Positions 20,505 to 30,366 of a stretch of 64,000 bases of DNA are shown piece after piece (position 1 is the stretch's first letter; the number at the start of each line of letters is the position of its first letter). A program made the position numbers and the translations under genes. The stretch lies in the NCBI RefSeq assembly GCF_000737315.1, contig NZ_JMCB01000001.1, forward strand, positions 558,001 through 622,000. Reading direction: 5' to 3'. This DNA comes from Hyalangium minutum. GTDB lineage: Bacteria > Myxococcota > Myxococcia > Myxococcales > Myxococcaceae. The notes beneath the pieces are model-generated. The model saw nothing but the letters and a program-made list of their open reading frames with translations. It did not search any database and had not been told where the DNA came from.

Positions 20505-20551
20505 TCTGAGACTCAGGAGTGCGTCTCGGGGAGTGCCAACGCATTCGGGAA
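20505..20551. repeat. 47-bp dispersed repeat copy 2
   Basis: TCTGAGACTCAGGAGTGCGTCTCGGGGAGTGCCAACGCATTCGGGAA; direct repeat of 16685-16731; overlaps the 3' end of the hydrolase gene. Confidence 0.85.
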
Positions 20552-21463
20552 GCGCGTCATGGCAGCTCTGGGTGCCGACCGAGGCAATGGAGACAGCGCC
20601 CGGCTGAAGAACTGGGAGACCGCGTTCAGGTACGCGGAGTACGCGGAGTTCAGCACGTGGCCCTCTCCGGGCCAGTAATGAACCTCCGGATCCTTTCCTG
20701 CATCGAGCAACCGGCGTTGAAGCTCGCGCGTCTCCTCTACGCTCCAGACCTCATCCCGGGTTCCATGGGAGAGAAACACCGGTCCATTGAAATTCTCGAG
20801 CGCGATGGGAGACCCCGGCGTGGGCACGGTGCCTCGATAGGTCCACGCCGGCAGAGGCCTGCCATCGGGGCCGGGGACAAAGTCGTACGTCTCCGGGTCG
20901 AATGACTCCACCACCGCATGGAACGGAGCATGTGCGCCCACCGCCGAGATCGGCCCGCTGTCCCCGAGCAGGCTGGCGAGAAGGATCGCCTGCTCAGCCC
21001 CTCGGGACACACCGAAGAGCCCGACGTTGTTGCCGTCAACCCAGGACGAGTCCCTGAGCCAGCGGGCAGCCTCCTCGGTGTGCTCGAGAGGGATGTTGGC
21101 GAGCACGTTCGGAGTGCCGGGGCCGTGGTAATAGGCGAACGCCAGCACCGAGAAGCCGCGGCTGGCGAGCTCCATGGCCATCAGGTTGCTGTAGCCAGCA
21201 TCCCCGCCCTCGCTGCCGTGGAGCAGCACGAGTCCAGGCCCTGAACGGCCCCCTGACTGAACGTAGAGGGCGCTCCCGGGAAATGGGGTGGGCTCACTCA
21301 GCACCTGCCCTCCGTATTGCCTGAGCGCAGCGTCCAGGTCGACCTTCTCCCACGTGGCCGTAGGCGTGGACGAATCCCGGCCTCCATCAAAGCCGGCGGG
21401 CGACGGCTGGCATCCGGCGAGAAGGCACAGACTCAAGAAGAGAGGGAACGCGTAGGAGAGCAT
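20513..21463 (-). CDS. Alpha/beta hydrolase lipoprotein (BAAT/acyl-CoA thioesterase C-terminal-like)
   Basis: Lipobox LLAGC; HGSEGG oxyanion region, GVSRGAE nucleophile, HGTRD Asp, EGH His. Confidence 0.85.
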   Translation of the reverse strand: MLSYAFPLFLSLCLLAGCQPSPAGFDGGRDSSTPTATWEKVDLDAALRQYGGQVLSEPTPFPGSALYVQSGGRSGPGLVLLHGSEGGDAGYSNLMAMELASRGFSVLAFAYYHGPGTPNVLANIPLEHTEEAARWLRDSSWVDGNNVGLFGVSRGAEQAILLASLLGDSGPISAVGAHAPFHAVVESFDPETYDFVPGPDGRPLPAWTYRGTVPTPGSPIALENFNGPVFLSHGTRDEVWSVEETRELQRRLLDAGKDPEVHYWPGEGHVLNSAYSAYLNAVSQFFSRALSPLPRSAPRAAMTRFPNALALPETHS

Positions 21464-21633
21464 AGGCTTCCGAGCAGGAACGAGGTGGGTTGCTTGAGGA
21501 GCACAGTGCCATGGCTGCGCGAGGCGTCAGCCACGAGCGTGCGCTCAGAGCACCCGCCAACTCGCATGGGGCCGGGCGCTATTCCACCTCAGTCCCGGCC
21601 TGCGCGGGCTCGCCAGCTGCCTCTGCCCCCTGG

Positions 21634-22323
21634 CTAAGCCGCCAATCGCTGGAGGCTGGCTTTGAACTGGGCATCGTAGGGGAACCCAGGAGGCAGCACC
21701 GCGAGAGCATCCTTCAACACCTTGATGAAGACGGGGCGCTTCATGAGGCGATCAAGATACGCCGCAGCATTCTTGTGCCGGGACGCAAGGGGCTCCACCA
21801 GGTCCGCATAGAACAACGCCGGAGATGCGGCGATGTCCGCCAGGGTGAAGCTGTCGCCCATGGCCCATGTCTTGTTGGCCATGTCCTTTTCGATCATGTC
21901 GTAGGCCCTGGCCAAGGCCTTGCGCGCCAGCTCCACGCCGTGGGAATCGTTCTTTCCGGCCGGCCGGAAGTGATCCGTGATGATCTTGGAGGCCTGGTCC
22001 ATGACGTAGAAGTCGAAGAACCGGTCGCGCATGCGGGTCTGCCGCGCGAGGTCCCGATCGGCCGGAATCAAGGGCACCTTTCCCGGATAATGCTGATCGA
22101 CGTACTCGATGATGATGCTCGATTCCGGAACGATGTGATTGCGGCTGGAGTCCTGAAGGACCGGGAACTTGCCGATGGGCCACAGGGCTTTCAGCTCCGC
22201 GGCTTCCTTCTCGTTCGACAGATCGATGGTGCGCGCCGTGAACGGCACGTTGTTCTCGTGCAGCGCTATCAGGGCCTTCCAACAGTACGACGAAAACGGG
22301 TGGTAATAGAGAGTGAGTGCCAT
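21634..22323 (-). CDS. Glutathione S-transferase family protein (3)
   Basis: YYHPFSSYCWKALIAL, WPIGKFPVL, ESSIIIEY, FTLADIAA. Confidence 0.92.
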   Translation of the reverse strand: MALTLYYHPFSSYCWKALIALHENNVPFTARTIDLSNEKEAAELKALWPIGKFPVLQDSSRNHIVPESSIIIEYVDQHYPGKVPLIPADRDLARQTRMRDRFFDFYVMDQASKIITDHFRPAGKNDSHGVELARKALARAYDMIEKDMANKTWAMGDSFTLADIAASPALFYADLVEPLASRHKNAAAYLDRLMKRPVFIKVLKDALAVLPPGFPYDAQFKASLQRLAA

Positions 22324-22446
22324 CGGTGCGCTCCGTGATTTGGGTTGAGCCTCGAGACGTTTGACTTCGACGCCGGAGCATACGACGGATAGGGGGCTCG
22401 CCCCGCCCTACAGACACGGTGCCCCCGGGCGTGCTTTCTTTCCGCC

Positions 22447-23331
22447 ATGTTCCGCTGCTCTTCCCTGCTTATCGCGCTGCTCTTGCTCACCTCGACCGCC
22501 GCACTCTCCAAGGGCAAGGCCACCGCGAAAACCCCCGCGGCTCCGGAGATGCCCAACGATCTCCAGATCATCGGCTGGTCGAAGGACGAGAAGCGCTTCG
22601 CGATCCGCCTCTACGACCTGGCCGTGGAGACCAACGAGCTGGACGAACCCCCTCCGTACTGCCCGGGCTACATCAACCACCGGGGCAAGAAGTTCAGGGG
22701 CGGGCTCCGCATCCAGCTCTTCGGAGGAGCCAAAGCCATCAACACCTGGAATATCCAGGACGCGCAGCCCTGCACGCCGCCTGATGCGGCTCGCGACCGG
22801 CTCGCTCAGGCCAAGGCTGCCCTGACAGAGCAGGGAGTGGATCTCACGGCCATCGGCGGCGTTGCCATGCCCGCCCAGAAGCCGAAGCCCCCCTCGAAGA
22901 GCAGCAAGAGCCGGACGTGGTTCACCGCAGGGGCATCGGCCGTGGCCCTGCCGTCGGGGCCCTGGGCCGGGCAGCGCATCGAGATCGCCTACCGCGTCGA
23001 CCATCGGGAGAGTGCGAGCGCCAATAAGGATCCGTCTCGCCCCATCACGTCCCAGGCGACCTTCAAAGTGGGCCTCCGCTCCGGGAAGGGCCTGACCCCG
23101 CTGGGCGAGTTCCCCCTGGGCCCCACCGACTGGTCCGCGATGCAGGCAGGACACTGGACCCCCACCTTCGATCGCCTCCTGCTGTCCCCGAGCGGCAAGA
23201 GCTTCGTGGTGCTCGTCCACATGGACGAAGGGAGCATGGGCGGTGGCTCCTCCTACAGCCTGGTGCTGGGACTCGTGGAGCTGCCCCCGCGCCCCGAGAC
23301 GGCCTCGGCCACGAGCGCCCCCGCCCGCTGA
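22447..23331 (+). CDS. Secreted hypothetical protein
   Basis: Signal peptide MFRCSSLLIALLLLTSTAALS; GC3-biased codons; no recognised domain. Confidence 0.7.
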   Translation: MFRCSSLLIALLLLTSTAALSKGKATAKTPAAPEMPNDLQIIGWSKDEKRFAIRLYDLAVETNELDEPPPYCPGYINHRGKKFRGGLRIQLFGGAKAINTWNIQDAQPCTPPDAARDRLAQAKAALTEQGVDLTAIGGVAMPAQKPKPPSKSSKSRTWFTAGASAVALPSGPWAGQRIEIAYRVDHRESASANKDPSRPITSQATFKVGLRSGKGLTPLGEFPLGPTDWSAMQAGHWTPTFDRLLLSPSGKSFVVLVHMDEGSMGGGSSYSLVLGLVELPPRPETASATSAPAR

Positions 23332-23377
23332 GCCCTTCGATCAGACACCACCATTCTCACCCCAGCGCGTCTGCTCC

Positions 23378-24721
23378 TCAGGGCGCCGTCGGCCGGACGC
23401 GGACGCGGGCGGACAAGCCCGTGGCGTTGGGGTTGGTCCACATCAAGGCCCCCGAGGCGTAGGGCGCGACCAGCTCGGTGTCCAGGAGCTCCAGGAGGAT
23501 GGTCCGCCGCTCCGGCGAGTAAGTGGCCACGACCGAGCGGGTGCGGACGGGGACTCCGCCCCCGGTGGTGATCACGGGCACGACCCAGTTGCGGGGGCCG
23601 ATCGGCTGAGTGGACACCGTGAAGTTGAACCCCAGGGGCAGCGAGGCCTGCTGCGAGATTCCTGCCTCCGTCCACTCCAGCCAGCGGAGCTCGTCGAGCT
23701 GCCCTCCGACGAATGACTGTATGCCCGCCCAGAGGCCGCCCGGCTCGTAGCCCACCACATTGCCGGAGAACGTCTGGCACGGGTCCGCCGTGCGCACGAT
23801 GCGCGACGGCTCGATCTGGTAGGTGCAGATCTGGCTGGTGAAGCTGTTCATCGGCTGTATCACGCCTCCGCTCGGCGCGTTGGTGACGATGCCCAGCCGG
23901 TCCCCCGAGCGGACCATCAAAGCGCTCAGGCCGGTCGTGCCGACCATGCCCGAGGTGGAGGGCAACTGCACCTGGCCCGGCACGCTCAGCGCCGCCGTCC
24001 CGTCATAGACGACCCGCTCGATCGTGAGGCCCCGCAACGACAGCAGCTCCGTCTCCGTGGCCAGGAGGAACTGGGCATTGCCCAGGTTCGAGGGCAGGCT
24101 GGCCGTGAGCTCCAGCTCCACCCCCGTGTCCACGTAGCGCCGGACCTGCGAGTTCCCGGCCACCCACACCACATTCCCCGCCACGGCCATCCGCCCGTCG
24201 GAGAAGTTCTGCTTCAAGGCGCTGTCGCGGATGAAGTCCAGATCGCACATCCACCCGCCGTGCTGGGTGCGCTCCAGCGCGTTGCACAGCTTGGGCAGGA
24301 TGAAGGCCGTGGACTCGCTGATGCGATCCCTCGCGGCGTAGAGGTCGAACTGGTGGATGCCTCCAATCGGAGCGAACGCGGCGAAGACATGATAGCGGCC
24401 CGGCTTCTCCGGCCTGAACTTGACGGTGGCGCTGGAGCGCGAATTGCTGGTGAACACGGTCTCGCTCGCCACGAGCTGATTGTCCGGACCGTAGACCTCC
24501 ACCGAGAGGGAGGAGGGCAGCTGCTGGGGCTCCGAGGAGCCGCAGTCCGGAGCAATCGAGGGCGCGAACCGCACATTCACCTGCTCTCCCACGAGTACCA
24601 TCGTGGGTGTAGAGCCTGAGGAGCCCACGGAGGGCGCATCCGCGACGCAGGGCGTATCCGGACACCCCGCGAGCCCCACCAGGGCCCCCAGAAGGAAGAG
24701 GCATCGCCACAGCTTCATCAT
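23378..24721 (-). CDS. Lipoprotein of unknown function (beta-rich)
   Basis: MMKLWRCLFLLGALVGLAGC lipobox; ATGA overlap with the gltS stop. Confidence 0.75.
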   Translation of the reverse strand: MMKLWRCLFLLGALVGLAGCPDTPCVADAPSVGSSGSTPTMVLVGEQVNVRFAPSIAPDCGSSEPQQLPSSLSVEVYGPDNQLVASETVFTSNSRSSATVKFRPEKPGRYHVFAAFAPIGGIHQFDLYAARDRISESTAFILPKLCNALERTQHGGWMCDLDFIRDSALKQNFSDGRMAVAGNVVWVAGNSQVRRYVDTGVELELTASLPSNLGNAQFLLATETELLSLRGLTIERVVYDGTAALSVPGQVQLPSTSGMVGTTGLSALMVRSGDRLGIVTNAPSGGVIQPMNSFTSQICTYQIEPSRIVRTADPCQTFSGNVVGYEPGGLWAGIQSFVGGQLDELRWLEWTEAGISQQASLPLGFNFTVSTQPIGPRNWVVPVITTGGGVPVRTRSVVATYSPERRTILLELLDTELVAPYASGALMWTNPNATGLSARVRVRPTAP

Positions 24722-25923
24722 GAAACTCCGCTGAAGAGGTTGACGAAGACGTTGATGATGATGGCGTTGGTGAAGTCGATGAAGAACGCGCCGACCATGG
24801 GGACGACGAGGAAGGCGCGCGGGGCGGGGCCGTACTTCCGGGTGATGGCCTCCATGTTGGCCACGGCGTTCGCGGTGGTGCCGAGCATGAAGCCGCACAG
24901 GCCTCCGCCCATGACCGCCGAGTCGTAGTCCTTGCCCATCAGGCGGAACATGGGCCACACGGAGACGGCCACCGTGAGGGCCACCTGCACGCCGACGAGC
25001 ACCAGGATGGGCAGCGCGACCGAGGCGAGCTTGGACAGCTCCAGCGTCATCAGGGCCATGACGATGAAGAGCGAGAGCGCCACGCCACCCAGCTCCTCGA
25101 TGACCTGGCCCGAGAGACGAAACAGCTTGGTCCGGTCATCCACATTGCGGATGAGGGCTGCGACGAGCATCGCGCCGATATAGCCAGGGAGCGTCACATC
25201 GAGCGCCTTGAAGCCCCGGCTCACCCAGCCGCCCACCCAGAGGGTGACCAGCAGGAGCACCACGTTCCGCAGGAAGTCGTGCCCATCGGCGCCGCTGCGA
25301 GCCTCCGCGCCTGTCTGACTGTCAGTGGGAGCCGCGGAGGAGCGAGGGGGCGCCGAGGACTTCAGGCCATTCTTCCGGACGAGGAAGGTCGCCACCGGGC
25401 CGCCCACGAGCCCTCCAGCGATGATGCCCAGCATCGCGGCGGCAATGGCGATGGCGGAGGCCCCTGTCACGCCGGCCTGCTCGAAGATGGGCGCGAAGGC
25501 GAGCCCCGTGGCCGGGCCTCCCGCCAGCGTCACGGACCCGGCGAGCACCCCGAACAGCGGAGGAACGCCCAGGGGATAGGACAGGAGCACGCCCACGGCG
25601 TTCTGGACGACCGCGAGCACGGTGGACGCCGCGAGGAAGATGGCGACCTGGGGCCCTCCCACGCGCATCAGCGAGAGCGAGGCGGCAAAGCCGATGCTCG
25701 CGAAGAAGGCGATCATCAGCGGGCTCTGGAGCGCGGTGTCGAACGTGAGGAGCGTGTAGCCCTCGCTGCGGGCGAAGGTCAGCACGATGGCCACGAGCAG
25801 CCCGCCGACGACTGGCGCGGGGATGTTGTACCGGGTGAGCGGCGGAATCAGCCGTCGAATCCCCTCCCCCAGGTAGAGAACGACCCCGGCGAACGCAACG
25901 GTCTCGATCATGTTCAGCTGCAT
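24718..25923 (-). CDS. gltS: Sodium/glutamate symporter (GltS family)
   Basis: IPAPVVGGLL, GSVTLAGGPATGLAF, GGLVGGPVA, GTTANAVANM, AFLVVPMVGAFFID. Confidence 0.9.
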   Translation of the reverse strand: MQLNMIETVAFAGVVLYLGEGIRRLIPPLTRYNIPAPVVGGLLVAIVLTFARSEGYTLLTFDTALQSPLMIAFFASIGFAASLSLMRVGGPQVAIFLAASTVLAVVQNAVGVLLSYPLGVPPLFGVLAGSVTLAGGPATGLAFAPIFEQAGVTGASAIAIAAAMLGIIAGGLVGGPVATFLVRKNGLKSSAPPRSSAAPTDSQTGAEARSGADGHDFLRNVVLLLVTLWVGGWVSRGFKALDVTLPGYIGAMLVAALIRNVDDRTKLFRLSGQVIEELGGVALSLFIVMALMTLELSKLASVALPILVLVGVQVALTVAVSVWPMFRLMGKDYDSAVMGGGLCGFMLGTTANAVANMEAITRKYGPAPRAFLVVPMVGAFFIDFTNAIIINVFVNLFSGVS

Positions 25924-25945
25924 GCGGATCTCCAGGGGCCGCGCG

Positions 25946-27646
25946 TCACGCTGCGCTGGGCGAGGCTCGGGGCATGACTGTCTGGATCGCCAGCCCGAAG
26001 ACGACGACCAGCGCGCAGCCGACCACATTGAACCAGAGGTAGCCCAGCTCGGTGAACTTGAAGAGGGCAATCACGGTCGTCTGGGAGATGACCGCGGCGA
26101 TGAACACGGCATGCCCCCGTACGTTCTTGAGGAAGAAGGCCACCAGGAACAGGCCCAGCACCGTACCGTAGAAGATGGACCCCAGGATGTTCACGGCCTG
26201 GATGAGGTTGTCGAGCAGCGACGCGAAGCTCGCGAAGGACACGGCGATGATGCCCCAGAAGACCGTGAACGCCTTGGAGGCAAACAGGATCTGCCGCTCC
26301 GAGGCCTCACGGCGCACCACGCGCTTGTAGAAGTCGATGGTGGTCGTCGTGCCCAGGGCACTGAGCTCGCTGGAGACCGAGCTCATGGCGGCCGCCAGGA
26401 TGACGCTGATGAGCAGGCCGAAGAGGCCACTCGGCAGCCAGTCCTTCACGAACGTGATGAAGATGTAGTCGGAGTCCTTGGTCTCCACGCCTGGCAGGGC
26501 GCGGGCCACCACGGCCTTGGCGTCCTTGCGCAGCGTGTTGGCCTCCTGGGCCGCGGCCTGGAGCCGCTCACGGGCGCTCACCTCCGTGTCGCTGTCACCG
26601 GCCTTGCGAGCCTCCAGGTAGCGCTCGACCTCGGCGCGCTTGTCGGACTGGAGCTGCGCCCACTTCGCCTCGATGCCCGCGAGCTCGTCCGCCTGCGCGG
26701 TGGCCTGGACGCGGGTGCGCAGCGAGCCGTTGAACAGCAGGGGCGGCGCGGTGAACTGGTAGAAGACGAAGACGAGGATCCCGACGAAGAGGATGAAGAA
26801 CTGCATCGGGATCTTCAGGATGCCGTTGAACAGGAGCCCCAGGCGGCTCTCCGTCACCGAGCGGCCCGCCAGGTAGCGGCCCACCTGGGACTGATCGGTC
26901 CCGAAGTAGGACAGCGACAGGAAGAGGCCGCCGGTGATGCCGGACCAAAAGTTGTAGCGGTCCTGCAGGTTGAAGTCGAAGTTGACCACGTTCATGCGGC
27001 CGAACGCTCCCGCGACGTCCACAGCGCTGGAGAACGGCACGTGCTCGGGCAGCCTCCACACGATGACGAGCCCCGCCACCACCATGCCTCCAAGCATGAC
27101 CACCATCTGCTGCTTCTGCGTCTGCGCCACCGCCTTGGCCCCACCCGTCACCGTATAGAGGATGACGAGCCCGCCAATGGCCACGATGGTCGGCTCGAGC
27201 GGCCAGCCCAGGATGGTGGAGAGGATGATGGCGGGAGCGTAGATGGTGATGCCAGACGCAAGCCCGCGCTGGATGAGGAACAGGAAGGCGCCCAGCAAGC
27301 GCGTCTTCAGATCGAAGCGGGACTCCAGGTACTCGTAGGCGGTGTAGACCTTGAGCCGGTAGTAGATGGGGATGAACGCGGCGCTGATGATGACCGTGGC
27401 GAGCGGCAGTCCGAAGTAGAACTGCACGAAGCGCATCCCGTCCTCGTAGGCCTGGCCCGGGACGGAGAGGAAGGTGATGGCGCTGGCCTGGGTGGCCATG
27501 ACCGACAGCGCCACGGTGGGCCAGCGCAGCTCGTAGCCCGCGCGGAGGTAGCCCTCCACGGTGCTCTCGCCGCGCGTCTTCCAGATGCCCCACCCCACGA
27601 TGAACGCTGTTGTCCCAACGAGAACCAGCCAGTCGAGCAGTGTCAC
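25946..27646 (-). CDS. Sodium:solute symporter (SSS family)
   Basis: SVMATQASAITF, YTAYEYLESRF, YFGTDQSQVGRYL, AAAMSSVSSELSAL. Confidence 0.92.
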   Translation of the reverse strand: MTLLDWLVLVGTTAFIVGWGIWKTRGESTVEGYLRAGYELRWPTVALSVMATQASAITFLSVPGQAYEDGMRFVQFYFGLPLATVIISAAFIPIYYRLKVYTAYEYLESRFDLKTRLLGAFLFLIQRGLASGITIYAPAIILSTILGWPLEPTIVAIGGLVILYTVTGGAKAVAQTQKQQMVVMLGGMVVAGLVIVWRLPEHVPFSSAVDVAGAFGRMNVVNFDFNLQDRYNFWSGITGGLFLSLSYFGTDQSQVGRYLAGRSVTESRLGLLFNGILKIPMQFFILFVGILVFVFYQFTAPPLLFNGSLRTRVQATAQADELAGIEAKWAQLQSDKRAEVERYLEARKAGDSDTEVSARERLQAAAQEANTLRKDAKAVVARALPGVETKDSDYIFITFVKDWLPSGLFGLLISVILAAAMSSVSSELSALGTTTTIDFYKRVVRREASERQILFASKAFTVFWGIIAVSFASFASLLDNLIQAVNILGSIFYGTVLGLFLVAFFLKNVRGHAVFIAAVISQTTVIALFKFTELGYLWFNVVGCALVVVFGLAIQTVMPRASPSAA

Positions 27647-27816
27647 GCGTAGGCCCGGGTGAGCGCCCAGAACAGGGCGACGAGCAGGGCCAGGGTGCCC
27701 AGCACGAGGAGGTAGATGTTGCGCCAGGACCCGAGGAGGGGCGGCACGTCGTCGAGCTCGGGGCGCTCCGAGGAAGCAGGCGCGGCCGGCTCAGGAGACT
27801 TCGAAGGGGAGGTCAT
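27643..27816 (-). CDS. Small single-TM protein coupled to the SSS gene
   Basis: Manual translation MTSPSKSPEPAA...PPLLGSWRNIYLLVLGTLALLVALFWALTRAYA*; overlaps both neighbours by 4 nt. Confidence 0.7.
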   Translation of the reverse strand: MTSPSKSPEPAAPASSERPELDDVPPLLGSWRNIYLLVLGTLALLVALFWALTRAYA

Positions 27817-30296
27817 TGGGCGAGCAGGTTCGCGAGCAGCCGGTACGCGCCGGGCACACCCGCAGGGAGCTGACGGAAGAAGGCGATGCCCGTGTACGCA
27901 AAGCTCCCCTTGCCGTGGCGAGCCACGAGCAGGCCGCCGCGGAGGGGCTCCTCGCCGGGATCATTCATGGAGAACACGGGACGGTACTTCTCGTCCCACT
28001 TGGAGGCGAAGTAGAGCCCGCGCTCCTGGACCCAGCCCTGGAAGTCGGCGGGCCCCAGGCGGTTGGGAGCGCTCATGAGCGGCTCGACCAGGCTGATGGG
28101 CGTCATGGTGGCGGTCTCGTCCGTGACGCGGTCGCGGCCAATCTCCAGCGGATAGGGGCTGATGAGCCCGCTGAGCGGCCCCACGCGGCTGTTGGTGTTG
28201 TACTGGACGATGAGGCGCCCGCCCTGCTCGACGTACTTCAGGAGCCGGTCGCGGTGAAGCCCAAGGCGCGGCGTGGCGTTGAAGGCGCGCACGCCCACGA
28301 GGATGGCGTCGAAGCGCTCGAGCTTCTCGGAGGCCAGGCGCTCCTCGGGGAGGAGCGTCACCTCGTAGCCCACGGCGGCGAGGCTCTCGGCCACGCGATC
28401 TCCCGGCCCGGGGATGTAGCCGATGCGGCGCACCTTCGTGACGAGGGTGAAGGGAACCAGCTGGGCCTCCGACGGCTGGCGCACCGCTTGCGGCGGGATG
28501 TGGTCGTGGTTCACCTGGCGGACCCGCCAGGACTCGCTGCGCCCGCCGCTGTCCACGACGACGCGCAGGAGGCCCCGCTCGGTGGCGCCTTTGGGCGGGG
28601 TGAGCTGGAACTGAACGGTGCGCTCATCACCGCGGGCGCCGAGCTGGAAGGGAATCTCCGCGGGCTCCACCTTCCAGCCCTGCGGCACCTCGAGCCGGGC
28701 CTTGCCGGAGGCCTCGGCCTTGCCAGCGGCGAGGACCACCGAGACCGGCTGAGCCTTGCCGTTGGGGAACATGAGGACCTCGCGGTCGAGCGTCGCGGTG
28801 ACAGCGGAGACGATCTCGAACGCCCGGTACAGCTCGCCGCGCACCGGATCGACCCAGGCGTAGACCACGGGCCGGACTCCGGTGAAGCGCTTGCCTCCGG
28901 CCTCGTACACGAAGGACACGGAGAGGGCGGGATCTCCCTCGGGGCGTCCGATGAGGGCACGGTCCGGCACCTCGAACAGCGCCGCCCCCGCGACCGGCTT
29001 GCGCAGCCAGTAGGGCGTGGAGATCGACGCCTCCTCCGGAAGCGCCACCGTCTTGGAGAGCTTGAACGGCGCGTTCACGGCCAGCTCGGTGCCCGCATCC
29101 ACGGTCTCACCGCCCGGCAACGTCACACTCACCAGCTTGAGCGCGGCAGGCGAGCGGTTCAGCGCCATCAGGTTGAGCGCCACCTGGCTGCCCGGAACGG
29201 CCGAGGCCTCCGCCGCACGCGCTTCCAGGAACAGGCCCGCGCAAGCAGCCACGAGCGCCTCGGTCTCGCGCAGCTTGAGGGCCTTCCACGGGTGGTCCGC
29301 GGGCAGGGCCGAGATCGCCTCATGAACCCGCAGCAGCGCGGGGATGCTCTGGTGGGGCGCGCGGGGATCGAAGCCTCGCTGCGCCTCCTCGACGGCCTGG
29401 ACGATCTTCTCGGTGCCCGGCCACCGGCGCCACGAGAACTCGAGCTTCTCGAAGGGATCCGAGACAGGGCGCGTCCCGGCGAGGGGCTGGAAGTACTCCA
29501 GCAGCGGTCCACGCTCGGCGGCCACACCGAAGCCCTGGCTCTTGTGCTGGCTGCGGCTCTCGGCGGCCACTTCGCCCCAGGAGCGGCCGAGAAGTGGGTC
29601 GAACCCACCGACATCAACCTTGGGGTACACCGACATGTCGGTGTTGGGCGGGAGGTCCCAGGAAGCGACGTTCTGCAGGAGCCGATCCGCCTTCCAGGGC
29701 TTGAGCGCTCCGAGCTGCTCGGGGAAGCGCTGGGGGTCGGCAGCGGCCTCGAAGGCCTCCTCCGCCAGCAGGGCCGAAGCCGTGTGCTGGCCATGGTTCG
29801 GCGGCCGGTTGCTGAAGCGGGTGACGATCGCATCCGGCTGGAAGCGGCGGATGGCGAGCACGACATCGGCCAGCACCTCGTCCTTGTTCCAGATGCGCAG
29901 CGTCTCCTCGGCGCTCTTGGAGTAGCCGAAGTCTCGCGCGCGGGTGAAGAGCTGCTCGGCGCCGTCGATGCGCCGGGCGGCGAGGAGCTCCTGGGTGCGG
30001 ATGAGCCCGAGCAGCTCGTCCTGCTCGGTGCCGATGAGGTTCTGCCCCCCGTCTCCGCGTGTCAGGGAGAGGTACCCCGTGCGAATGCCGCGTCCGCTGG
30101 CGAGCCAGGCAAGAAAGCGCGTGTTCTCGTCATCGGGGTGGGCGGCCACATAGAGGACACTTCCCACCACACCGAGGCGCCGGAAGCCCGCAGCGAGTTC
30201 TCCCGCGTGAGGCTGCCGAGGCGCTTGTGCGAGGGCCGTCGACCCAACTCCGAGGCTCATGACCAGCATCGTTCCGAGAATGAGCAGGTTCCGCAT
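27813..30296 (-). CDS. Large secreted PIG-L/LmbE family deacetylase with C-terminal accessory domains
   Basis: Signal peptide; AAHPDDE, TRGDGGQN, RTQELLAA, RARDFGYSK and NHGQH motifs; class I glutamine-amidotransferase-like tail. Confidence 0.88.
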   Translation of the reverse strand: MRNLLILGTMLVMSLGVGSTALAQAPRQPHAGELAAGFRRLGVVGSVLYVAAHPDDENTRFLAWLASGRGIRTGYLSLTRGDGGQNLIGTEQDELLGLIRTQELLAARRIDGAEQLFTRARDFGYSKSAEETLRIWNKDEVLADVVLAIRRFQPDAIVTRFSNRPPNHGQHTASALLAEEAFEAAADPQRFPEQLGALKPWKADRLLQNVASWDLPPNTDMSVYPKVDVGGFDPLLGRSWGEVAAESRSQHKSQGFGVAAERGPLLEYFQPLAGTRPVSDPFEKLEFSWRRWPGTEKIVQAVEEAQRGFDPRAPHQSIPALLRVHEAISALPADHPWKALKLRETEALVAACAGLFLEARAAEASAVPGSQVALNLMALNRSPAALKLVSVTLPGGETVDAGTELAVNAPFKLSKTVALPEEASISTPYWLRKPVAGAALFEVPDRALIGRPEGDPALSVSFVYEAGGKRFTGVRPVVYAWVDPVRGELYRAFEIVSAVTATLDREVLMFPNGKAQPVSVVLAAGKAEASGKARLEVPQGWKVEPAEIPFQLGARGDERTVQFQLTPPKGATERGLLRVVVDSGGRSESWRVRQVNHDHIPPQAVRQPSEAQLVPFTLVTKVRRIGYIPGPGDRVAESLAAVGYEVTLLPEERLASEKLERFDAILVGVRAFNATPRLGLHRDRLLKYVEQGGRLIVQYNTNSRVGPLSGLISPYPLEIGRDRVTDETATMTPISLVEPLMSAPNRLGPADFQGWVQERGLYFASKWDEKYRPVFSMNDPGEEPLRGGLLVARHGKGSFAYTGIAFFRQLPAGVPGAYRLLANLLAQ

Positions 30297-30366
30297 TCGG
30301 GGGCGGACCCTAACAAAGAGCGCTGGGGCTCGGCCTCGAAAAGCCACGCTGTGCCCCTGCCCCGCC

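Noticed and set aside
14431-20551. CRISPR array or integron attC array
   Set aside because: Only two copies per repeat family, kb-scale spacing, no cas or intI gene, and no clear RYYYAAC/GTTRRRY attC boundaries
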